From Azolla caroliniana (Eukaryota > Plantae > Polypodiophyta): a stretch of 64,000 nt of DNA. The notes below the pieces were generated by a model. The model was given only the letters and a program-made list of their open reading frames with translations, was not told the origin of the DNA and ran no database searches. Positions 1-11,310 of the stretch are shown piece by piece. How positions within the stretch are numbered: the stretch's first letter is position 1; every line of letters begins with the position of its first letter. Location of the stretch: the NCBI GenBank assembly GCA_043228905.1, contig JBHGNT010000022.1, positions 10,974,001 through 11,038,000 of the forward strand, given 5' to 3'. Made by a program: the position numbers and the translations under genes.

Positions 1-1079
1 CCACATTGTCATGTGACATGTCTACTTATTGTGGTACCTTAGATTTTGTTTTTCCCTATGCAAGAAAACAACTTTAAAGATGCTTGGTTAACTTTTTGAC
101 TTTGACCGGAGATAAAGGTATTTGTACTATCTAAATCCTTTTTATGGGCTTGTCAACCTCTTACATTACGCATATAGATACACGGTTTCACGCAATATCC
201 CCTCTCACACACACAAGTCCCTTTATTCTCACATACACGTTTTCTCACATTGTTTAGTCACTTTGCATGTTCATATTCAAGTACTTTTTATGATATTCAT
301 ATTTGTGCTCCTTCATTGATCTACTTGTTTTCATTCATGGGTTCACACAGAAATGCCATGTAAAACAAAAGGAGATGAAACGCAATGATTAAGGAGAAAA
401 GAGAGAGTATAGTAAGGTGTAATTGGTAGCATGTTGCCATCCACTTCACATGCTATTTTCACAAATCATTCAACATACTCACCCTTACAATACACATTCT
501 AGTAACTTAGGATTCCTATTGGTTATATCACTATTAAGGTAGTTTTACTATCAATGTGTTTTAGCCTACTAGGGCGATTACATCAATGTATGACGATAGC
601 GCTTATACATCATCATTACCAAATGCATATTTGGCCTTGTCACGTATCATATGATCATGTTAGGTTTGTCATATATCATGTTATAACATAATTAAGCAAT
701 ATCCATTAGCATTTGTTGTTGCGAACAAGAGAAAACTAATTGTAATAAATAATCACTATGAGAAAAGGTTAGTTCGCCAACCTAGTTTAACCATCCAACT
801 CTAATGAAGAGAAAAACAAGACGTTGTAATAAGGTTGTGTTTGCATTTGCATGGTTTTATTCAATTATGTGAAAAATGAATTATAATATAGTATGTATAG
901 TTTGAACATCATAATAATTGTATGTTGCATAATCTCTTTGTATCACAAACAGTGCAAAGCTTCTTTGATATAGTGACATGAATAGATATTTTATCATCCA
1001 TGATGAGACTAAATTTGACTTATAAAACCAAATCAATATATCTCATTGTGTGTAACCTCTTCCTAAGAAAGGGGGTTAC

Positions 1080-2250
1080 TACTCTCCACTAATCTTTTGA
1101 TGTGAAAGCAATACACTTACATACATGTGCTCACATTATCATGCCCATCCAACAAGTCATCATATTTCTCGCAAATTACCTTATACATTGATCATGCAAT
1201 AAGTAAGTGATATTCATCCACTACTAGATTTTCATTGCATACCTTGCATATCTTAATATTTGGGTGATGATGCCATGATGCTACCTCAACACCTAACTTG
1301 CACAAGCGAGTTTGAAGAAGTTTTAAGACTCTCCAAGAGCTAAGGCTCATGGGGGAGTGAGATGCAATTGTCTGGCAATACTTACTTTTATAGGGACAAT
1401 TATTGGGAGTTAATACTATACTTACAATGGAATATTGCAAATTTGACATTTTAGCATCTTGCCACTAAATTCTTCGTGCCTCTAATAATCTATCCTCCAT
1501 GATTATATACTTCATAGCATCACCTAAGTAGTTCAATAAATGTTTTATTCCCAATCTCCTAAACCATTTCATAATGTTAAGCACCTCTAAAGATGAGAGG
1601 ATTAAACACTTATTATTTTTTTGTACCGTGCATCCAATCTTCCAAGATTTTTTGGTAAGTCTATGATTAGGCATATGTTCTTGACTTTTGTGATATACTT
1701 TTGTACTCTTTGCATAGCTAGTACCTATATGGACCAAGCACCCGTTTCAAATAACATGATAAGATAGGATGTTGAGGAGTTTACCCCCAAATATCTACAT
1801 AAGAACATTTTTTGGGATTTCCTCTATTTCATTTCATGCACTAAGTGAGATAGTGTCGCTACCTCACACTTCCATTCCATAAAGCGACAGTTGGAGCCCC
1901 ATAACATTGAATAACATCAATCTCATTTCCCATCCTCAACTATCACTTTGTTTGCATTGGTTCTCAAACATATAATAATCATTCCAGCGTACTTGAAGTC
2001 TAGACTCTTAATATACAATCCACCTATTTGTCGATGGGACATTAATACCAAGATATTTGGCGTTGTGCACCACAGTATCGATCCTCCCTCGTATGTAAAA
2101 GTGGGGTAGTACCGTGGTTGTATTGGCATCATTTTTGTTTTGTCCACATTAACAACTTTAGAGTAATAAGGCGGTAATAATGAGGAATATGCAAAAGTTA
2201 GAGTATCCAGATAGATTTTAGATTAACATGCAATGTGTTTATTAAGCATG
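1080..2250 (-). mobile_element. Degraded 3' part of an RTEX-like non-LTR retrotransposon (late RT to C-terminal Cys/His domain)
   Basis: Minus-strand fragments (DKTKMM..PTFTYEG..FKYAG; HRLTKKSWKIG..KNNKCLIL; KLGVEVASW..ICKVC..VDEYHLLIA) parallel the 56340-57770 LINE peptides (SKTKIML..FKYLG; HRLPRIAW..KTHKSKIL; LRCETRRW..ESEYHTLIQC). Many stops; ends approximate. Confidence 0.7.
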
Positions 2251-2940
2251 TTAGTACAATGGTTTAAGACATCCTCCCAATGTGGATGGTGCAAGGCCAA
2301 ACCTTGTGTAGGGTATAATCAAGGTCTTTAGTAATATGTCCTGTGTCATAACAACCAATAGAAAAGACAATGATTGACTCATTACCAATGGGGTTGACTA
2401 CACTAAGGGATGAAGGAGCGGAGAAGTGGGAGATCTCAATAATTGTATTTTAAAACGTGACTAATGAAATTTTTTGTTCTGAATAATTTTGTGTTGCCCA
2501 TGAAGAGATCAAGTTGTGCCAAGACTTCTACGAAAAAGATCAAGAACTTCTTGTGAGTGTTGGTCATGAAGAACCTGTAATTATATTGTCAATGTAAAAG
2601 TATGACACAACCACATATAATTATACATGAGATTACGAATCAAGCATATTTATTAATTGTTAAAGAATATAACAACGGTTTAAGGTGACTAATTAATAAT
2701 GTGTAAGTAGTATGATAAAGCAATTGATAAGACTTTAGTACATTTGGGCATACAAACAATATGTTCATCAAATCTCCACTTCTATGTAAGAAGAGAAAAA
2801 TACAATACAAGAGGCAGGGAGAGATACACATACAGATATATCCAAGCATACACAATTGATGATAATAAATACATGTACATATCATTACCAATGAAAATAT
2901 TGACATTGATACTAAGGATGCAAGTTTATGAACAAGAGAA

Positions 2941-3092
2941 GAAGATACAATATGGATAGCTAGATAGTGAACGTCTTGTGACCACAATTATATGAAAAGG
3001 GCAAGTACTGTGCATTTTGAAGAATATACAAGATGGATAGCTAGAGAATGAACGTCTTGTGACCATACTTATATGAAAAGACCAAGTACTTT
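2941..3092. repeat. Two-copy ~80-bp tandem duplication
   Basis: ATGGATAGCTAGA..GAACGTCTTGTGACCA..TATATGAAAAG..CAAGTACT occurs twice in tandem. Confidence 0.8.
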
Positions 3093-3203
3093 GTAAAAAA
3101 CACGTTCACGTTCAAAAGTGGAAGGATCACAGATTCCACTTTTAGATTCATTTTATAATTGTGCAAATTTATGCAATATATAGAAACTTGTTACACCAAT
3201 ATT

Positions 3204-5475
3204 TGTCACAATACAATGACATAAAATACATAGTTGGTGAGGATTGAATCTGAAACCTCGCTCAACAAGATATCATGCTCAACCATTTTGATATGAACAT
3301 TTATATATATAATGTATTTGATCTAGAAATACTCTTTAGTCACATACCTCTAGAAAATTCTAGAACTAGAAGGTTCTAGAGGGTTCTAGAATATTCTCCA
3401 AAATATTCTAATGCATGTACTTTAGTTCACAGTATAAATACTTGTAACGTCCTTGGTCCCTTTCATGGGATTCAACACCAGTTATTGACACATCAATCTA
3501 GTATTTGTCTCTTGGTCCCTTTCATGGGATTCAACACTAGTTATTGACACATCATTTCATGCCATATTGTCTCCTTGATCTTCATATTTGTCTTCATGCT
3601 CTCTAGTTAGTCCTAGATTCCTATGTTCATAGTCTCGTCGCACACAACTTCTAGAGTTCCTAGCCTCATCACTTCCGGTTCCACTTATTGCTCGTAGCCT
3701 CGTCATCCGTGCTCCATCGTAGTCCATGGTTGGTGTGATTGTGATAGTTTGAATCCTTTCCAACTAGAAGCATCACCCGTCTTCATCATCGCCCTTGCTT
3801 CTAGAATGATTGTCATCACCGTCCTTGCTTCCAGAGTTATTGTCATCAATATCCTTGGTTTTAGAGACACCATCGTCACCATAGTCACAATCATTCCTTC
3901 TAGAGATGCTTCCTCCTCCTCATCGTCTTCACTACCTCTTCTTCGACATCATCCTTTTTCAGCACCTCTTGTTGTCTTCATCAACGCTACTTCGTCCAAC
4001 CTTCATCATCATGAACACTACTTTGCATGGTCTTTGGTTATCATCATTGTTCCGCCCTCTTCATTGTCATTGTCATAATCTATAAGTGTCATTTTGCATC
4101 ATGATTTTGGCGAGGATTGATTTCGATCGCTCACCTTCGCAGTTCTCGTGAGGGTCACAATCACTCACTTTCTTGGTGGGGATCAAATTATTGCTCTCTT
4201 GCACTCCATTTTCATTTTTGTTCGCATTTCGCTCCACTTTCCTTTGATGAGGATCGATTTCGATCCCTCATCTTCTAGTTCCGATGGGGGTCACAACCAC
4301 TCACTTTCCTGGTGGGGATCGCATTAGTTTCTCACTAGCGCTACCGTTTGTGCTGTGTTTTGGGTAAACCTCAACTATTTACCCTCTCATGATAGAAGAA
4401 GTCGAGTCGATCACTTCACCTGCACTCCTTCGCCCATTGTTGGTTTAGTTCCTGGTGAGGACCACACATGGTCGCTCACGCCCACTGGTGTTCCAATTCC
4501 CTGTGACTGCTGCACATGGTCGCTCATGCCTATTGGTGTTCTACTTCCCGGCGAGGACCGCACATGGTCACTCACGTCCGTTGGTGCTTGTGTCTCCGGT
4601 GAGGACAACACATGGTCACTCACGTCGGTTGGTGTTCGAGTTTCCCGGTGAGGACCACACATGGTCGTTCATGTTGGTTGGTGTTCTAGTTTCCTGGTGA
4701 GGACTATACATGGTCGCTCACGTCCATTGGTCTTCAGTCTCCGATGAGGACCACACTTGCTTGCTCACGCCCGTTGGTTCCTATCTCCGGTGAGGACCGC
4801 ACTTGCTTGCTCACATTCATCGCACATGGTTGCTCATGGCCATTGATGTTTTAATTCACATTCAGGACTATACAGGGTCGTTAACATCCATTGATGTTCT
4901 AGTGTCCGTTGAGGGTTGCACAGGGTTGCTCACGCCATTGGTGCTCCAATTCCCACTCACCCCTACACCACGCTTTCGAAAAGGTAGTCGTAAAGGGGAG
5001 GATAATGTCACGACACAATGACATAAAATATATAGTTGGCGAGGATTGAACTTACAACCTCACTCAACACGATATCATGCTTAACCATTTAAACCCAAGC
5101 ATTTATTTATATATAATATACTTAATCTAGAAATACTCTTTAGTTACATACCTCTAGAAAGTTCTAGAGGATTCTAGAATATTCTCCAAAATATTCTAGT
5201 GCATGTACTTCAGCTCATAATATAAATACTTGTAACCTCCTTGGTCCCTTTCAGGGGATTCAACACCATTCATTGACACATCAATCTAATATTCTCATTT
5301 CATGCCATATTGTCTCCTTGATCTTTATATTTGTCTTCATTCTCTCTAGTTAATCCTAGATTCCTATGTTCATAGTCTTGTCGTTCATAACTTCTACATT
5401 TCCTAGCCTTGTCACTTCCGGTTCCACCTATCGGTCGTAGCCTCGTCATCCATGCTCCGTTGTAGTCCATGGTTG
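3204..5475 (+). mobile_element. Non-autonomous chromovirus-type LTR element (TRIM/LARD-like); 5' LTR 3204-3746, 3' LTR 5006-5475 cut by a Copia insertion
   Basis: Direct repeats start TGTCAC at 3204 and 5006. The 5' LTR ends TGTGATA. PPT AAAGGGGAGGATAA lies just before 5006 and matches the PPT style of the chromoviruses at 24253 and 31733. The 1.26-kb interior has no gag/pol motifs. Confidence 0.85.
4446..4940. repeat. ~48-bp tandem array (about 9-10 degenerate units) inside the non-autonomous LTR element
   Basis: GGTGAGGACCACACATGGTCGCTCACG core recurs at ~4455, 4503, 4551, 4599, 4648, 4697 and onward. Confidence 0.9.
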
Positions 5476-5938
5476 TGTTGGGAAAACTGGTCCCTCAGGA
5501 TGGGAAGAACACAAGTCAATTGGGATGCAGAGCCAGTCGGAACGGCCTGAAGCCAATCGATTGAAGATTTGGATGATAGCCAGCTTGTCCGATTCGAAAT
5601 TCGGAGATTGGAGAAGGAGTCAGATCGTCAAGAGAAAATTTTGCACCGCCTGGAGACATAATTGAATCAGTCAATAGCTAACTCGACTAACCGATAACCG
5701 ATAACCAATTCGGCTAATAGCCGAATCAATTGAATGCAACTGGGCTATATTTGTAAATAGTCATATATGTATATGAGTATAAATATATTTAGGGCAAGTA
5801 GTTATGAGGTGTGGGGATTGTAGCTGAACTTGTGTATAAATGAGTGTAACTGAAGTGTACGCGAGTGAGAGTTGTAACTCTGTAACTCTGTAATCGTCTA
5901 TGGACGAAGAAGAGGTCAAGGTTGTTACCTTAAAGTCT

Positions 5939-8900
5939 TGACGGGAACTGGTCGCTCCTTATGCGCAACGCTCGGCCACAACCGAGCTTGTAATGATACA
6001 CAGAAAACGGGAAATAAAACAAACACGACAAGAAGAAGAAGAGAATACACAGGAGGTTTACGTGGAAAACCCCAAACTAGGGGAAAAACCACGGCAGCCC
6101 ACAGGCTGCAAACTGTCACTATGTAGGAATATACAACAGTGAGTTCACTGAGGCACCGACCTCGTGCTCACAAATCTTCGCCACAGGTGGCGGTTACAAC
6201 AGAGGCAACAACCTCTTTCTCTCTCTCTCCCTCTCTGTATAGTTACGCACACTGATCTCGTGCAAAACAGAAGATGACAACAACTACTAAAAGTTTGCCC
6301 TAAGTCATATTTATACTAATATGAGTTTTCGGCTATTTACAAATATAGCCTCGATGGGCTCTCAGAAACATATTTACGAATATGTCTCTTCCTCCGGTTC
6401 TCACCGGGTCTGCACCATCCGGCTCTCTGTAGCCGGGTACTTCTCATCCGGTTCACACCGGGTCTGTATCATCCGGCTCTCCGTAGCCGGGTACTCCTCA
6501 TCCGGTTTCGGCCGAGGCCTATCGGCCTCGACCGAGTTTGTTCATCGGCATTGTTCTTCTCCCTTCCCATCCGGAGGGACCTGTCTCCCAACAAACTCCC
6601 CCTTCACTCCGGCATGGGGTGTCTTATCAGTGCGATCCGCTTCCGGCATGCATCCAGCTTGTCGGGTATCAGAACTTTGGTCAGCATATCTGACCCGTTC
6701 TCGGCCGTGTGGATCTTCGTCAGCGCGAACTCCTGATCATCTACTCTTTCCCGGATCCAGTGATATCTTCGCTGGATATGCTTCGTCCGAGAATGGTAGG
6801 CCGCATTCTTAGCAAGGTGGATGGCACTTTAACTGTCGCAATAGAGTCAGTATTCCACTTGCCGGATACCGAGCTCTCCGATGAAGTCCTTCATCCATAA
6901 TATTTCCTTGCCGGCTTCCACAGCTGCCATGTACTCCGCCTCCATGGTTGACAATGCAACCGTCTTCTGCAGCCTCGACTGCCACGAAACAGCTCCCCCT
7001 GCATATGTCATTACATACCCGGATGTAGACCGGCTGGTATCCACATCAGCCGACATGTCCAAATCGGTGAAACCGTCTAGTTGAGGTTTTCCGGAGCCGA
7101 ATCGGAGACACATATTTGAAGTGCCCTTCAAATACCGGAGTATTCATTTGACCGCGTTCCAGTGCTCCTTGCCGGGATTACTCATGAACCGGCTCACCAC
7201 TCCGACTGCGTATCCTATATCCGGTCGAGTACAAACCATTGCGTACATCAAGCTCCCGACGGCAGAGGCATATGGAATCTTCATCATATCCGCCTTCTCT
7301 GCTTTCGTCTTCGGGCTTTGCTTGCTGGATAGCCTGCAGTTTGCTGGAAGTGTCGATCCGACCAGTTTCGCATCTGACATGTTGAACCGGTGAAGCACCT
7401 TTGTCACGTACTTCTCTTGTGACAGCCATAATTGCTTCTTAGACCGGTCCCGAATGATATGCATCCCCAGCATTTGTCTTGCTGGACCCAAGTCTTTCAT
7501 TGAGAAGGTCCAGTTGAGAGCCTTCTTCAGCATCCGTATTTTGACTTGGTCCCGTCCGACGATCAACATGTCATCCACGTATAGAAGGAGTATTAGGAAG
7601 TCGCCTCCTTCGAACTTCTTCACAAACACATAGTGATCGGCTTGTGTCTTGTGGTACCCTTGATCGGTCATGAAGGAGTCAAACTTCCGGTACCATTGCC
7701 GGGGGGCCTGCTTCAACCCGTAGAGGCTCTTCTTCAACCGGCATACCAGGTGCTCCTTCCCTTTCTCCACAAATCCTTCCGGTTGCTGCATGTAGATCTC
7801 TTCTTCAAGGTCGCCGTGAAGGAATGCCGTCTTCACGTCCAGCTGCTCTACCTCGAGGTCCATGCTTGCCGCTATACTCAGCACCGTCCGGATGGAGGTC
7901 ATCTTTACTACCGGGGCAAATATCTCGTCGAAGTCCACACCCTTCTTCTGCTGGAACCCCTTCACCACGATCTTGGCTTTGTATCTCGGGGTGTTGCCGG
8001 CATCTCCCGGTTTCAACTTGTATACCCACTTGTTTCGGAGTGCCCGCTTTCCTTTCGACAACTCCACCAATTCGTACGTATGGTTTTCATGCAGGGAATC
8101 CATCTCATCCTGCATGGCACTTAACCATTTTCGGCTGTGGGTGTCTTCCTTCGCTTCTTCGAAGCTTTCCAGCTCCCCCTCATCGGTCAGCAGAACATGC
8201 TCTGCATCCGGAAATCTCCGGGGGGCCCTTCTGTCTCTGAGAGGATATCTCCGTCTCTGGGCTTCGGTGACCGGCTCATCCATATGCTCTTCATCTGAAT
8301 CCGATTCGGGGTCTTGGCCGGTTCTGGTTTCAGCTTCCTCTACTTCTTCTTCAGCCTGTTCGGTATCCTCACCGTAACTGGCTAGTCCCTCGGAGTTCAT
8401 TATCTTCTTCTCCGACTCCTAGTCGGCGAGCGTCTTGTTCTCCATGAAGATAATATCTCGACTCCGGAATACCTTCTTGTCGACCAGGTTCCACACTCGG
8501 TACCCGAAGTCATCGTCACCGTAATCGAGGAATATGCATGGCCAGGTCTTTGGATCTAACTTTCCTCTCCGGTCCTTAGCTACATGCACGTACGCGAGAC
8601 ACCCGAACACCTTCAGATACCGGTAGGATACTTCCTTACCGGTCCACACTCTCTGTGGCGTGTCTCCGTCCAAGGGTACTGAGGGTGATCTATTTATCAC
8701 ATATGTTGCCGTCGATAGTGCCTCAGCCCAAAACTTCTTGGGTAGTTTTGCATGCGCTAGCATACTCCGAACCCTCTCCATTATGGTCCGGTTCATCCTC
8801 TCGGCCAGTCCGTTTAGTTCCGGCATCTTCGGCACGGTAAATTCGAGCCGGATTCCCTTCGAGCGACAGTACTCCTCGAACTGCCCCCGGTTTTCTCCTC

Positions 8901-11310
8901 CGTTGTCTGCTCGAACCGCCTTCAATTTCTGGCCGGTTTCTCTTTCCACTCTCGCGTGGAGCTCTTTGAAAACGGATAACACCTGATCCTTCGTCTTCAA
9001 CGGTGTGGCCCACAGCTTCCGGCTGTGGTCATCTATGAAAGTCACAAAGTACTGCGCTCCGGCATGTGACTTCGTGTCTACCTGACACACATCCGTATGC
9101 ACCAACTCCAGTAGTGCATTACGTCTCATCGGTGGCCTTGGTCGGAAGGAGGTCTGGTTTTGCTTACCGGCCAGACAATCAGTGCACTTCTCCAAGTGCA
9201 CGTTCCTCACTGGAATGAGGTTGTCGTCTGCAAGCCTCTTCATCCCCTTCTCGCTCATGTGACACAGCCTCTTGTGCCACAGCTCACCTACAGTGTCGGA
9301 TGCCACGTTCACTTCTTCCGGACATAACCGGGCATTCATCAGGTACAATGTGTTTACCTTCCGGGCCCGAGCCACAATTAGGCTCCCTTTGCTGAACTTC
9401 ATGACACCGTTCCGGATGCTACCTGTGTAGCCTTCATCATCTAGCCGACTGGCTGATATCAGGTTCAGACGAACTTCCGAAACGTGTCGGACATCCTTCA
9501 ACATCAACTTGCATCCGGTTGGTGTTGTCAGCCACACATCTCCTATGCCGACAATTCGGCATGTTCCTTCATTCCCCATCCGGACACAGCCGTGATCACC
9601 GGCTGAATAGGATGAGAAGCATTTCTGGTCCGGGGTAAGGTGGAACGATGCTCCGGAGTCTACTACCTAGGTCATCTCGTCGCCGGCAAGGTTTATCTCA
9701 CTCTCCTCGGTGATGAGCATCGACTCCTCTTCACTTGCCGCGATTGCCGTCGTTCCCTTCCGGTCCGGCCCCCTCCGGTCTTTACCGTTCCGGTCCGGGG
9801 TCCGCTTCGAATCGGTACCGTCGGTCTCCTTATCTTTTCGGAAGTGCCGACAGTTCTTTTGGAAGTGTCCCGGCTTGCCGCAATAGAAGCAAGTAGGCCT
9901 CCCCCTTGACTTTGACTGTGTCCCCGACTTCTCCCGGTTCAGAGGACTACGGTTTCTATGTCTTCTGCGTTCCGATTCGGTAAGAAGCGCTTTGGAGTCG
10001 GAGCTCGTATCTTTGTCTTTCCGACGCGCCTCCTCATCTAGCAAGCTCAACTTTACTCTTGCTAGGGATAACCGCTTTCCTTCTGGCCCGGCGTTGCCCA
10101 AAGTGACAACCAACGTCTCCCAGCTATCCGGGAGGGAACCGAGCAGGAGTAGTGAAAGTACCTCATCGGCGAGAGGTACTTCCAATGAAGTTGCCTGGTG
10201 GATCAGCCCCTGGAAGGCATTCATGTGCTCCGCCATGCTGGAGCCATCTTGGTACCGGAGTCTTACTAGCTTCCGGAATACCGAAACCTGGTTAACAACA
10301 TTTTTGTTTTGAAACATTATGCCGATCTTCTCCCAGAGCTCATGAGCCTTGCTCTCTTCATTGAAGTTGTTGTACAGGCTCATGTCGATGAAGCACCGTA
10401 TGTACGCCGTTGTCTTCATGTGCATCACCTCCCATATCGCGACGTCGATTTTGTCCGGTCTCTTGTCCCTAAACTGAACCGGCAGCCAAAGGTCTTTAAC
10501 CACGAGCATGTCCCTCATCTTCGACTTCCACACTGAGTAGTTGGAGCCAGTGAGCTTGAACATGCCGCTAAACGATTCGTCCATTTTTCTGTGTCGATTT
10601 TTGCTCTGATACCACTTGACGGGAACTGGTCGCTCCTTATGCGCAACGCTTGGCCACAACCGAGCTTGTAATGATACACAGAAAACGGGAAATAAAACAA
10701 ACACGACAAGAAGAAGAAGAGAATACACAGGAGGTTTACGTGGAAAACCCCAAACTAGGGGAAAAACCACGGCAGCCCACAGGCTGCAAACTGTCACTAT
10801 GTAGGAATATACAACAGTGAGCTCACTGAGGCACCGACCTCGTGCTCACAAATCTTCGCCACAGGTGGCGGTTACAACAGAGGCAACAACCTCTTTCTCT
10901 CTCTCTCCCTCTCTGTATAGTTACGCACACTGATCTCGTGCAAAACAGAAGATGACAACAACTACTAAAAGTTTGCCCTAAGTCATATTTATACTAATAT
11001 GAGTTTTCGGCTATTTACAAATATAGCCTCGATGGGCTCTCAGAAACATATTTACGAATATGTCTCTTCCTCCGGTTCTCACCAGGTCTGCACCATCCGG
11101 CTCTCTGTAGCCGGGTACTTCTCATCCGGTACACACCGGGTCTGTATCATCCGGCTCTCCGTAGCCGGGTACTCCTCATCCGGTTTCGGCCTCGGCCTAT
11201 CATCCGGCTCTCTGTAGCCGGGTACTCCTCATCCGGTTTCGGCCTCGGCCGAGTTTGTTCATCGGCACTGTTCTTCTCCCTTCCCATCCGGAGGGACTTG
11301 TCTCCCAACA
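5939..11310 (-). mobile_element. Full-length Ty1/Copia LTR retrotransposon, disabled by nonsense mutations (3' LTR 5939-6593, 5' LTR 10617-11310)
   Basis: Near-identical LTRs TGACGG...CCAACA. PBS TGGTATCAGAGC (tRNA-iMet) at ~10603-10614 and PPT at 6594-6610. Order gag-PR-INT-RT-RH. TSD imperfect (GTCTT/GTATT). Confidence 0.97.
6612..10584 (-). pseudogene. Copia gag-pol polyprotein broken by stops at ~9667, ~8419 and ~7144
   Basis: Zinc knuckle CFYCGKPGHFQKNC, PR VVDSGAS, INT LWHKRLCH/CTDC/HTDV/ADNGGE/AER, RT YVDD, RH EAEY. Stops sit at Trp codons (TGG to TAG/TGA). Confidence 0.95.

Noticed and set aside
1-1080. Short ORF 122-319 and AT-rich flank
   Set aside because: No recognisable domain, splice structure or repeat boundary.
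4446-4940. CRISPR array
   Set aside because: The whole 48-bp unit is repeated; there are no unique spacers.
7633-8377. Long antisense ORFs over Copia RT (also 41673-42576)
   Set aside because: Shadow frames expected from the codon bias of GC-rich pol.
10585-10797. Transmembrane N-terminal extension of Gag in ORF 9667..10797
   Set aside because: It lies in the LTR U5/PBS with a non-ATG start; the real start is MDESF at 10584, matching the sister copy.
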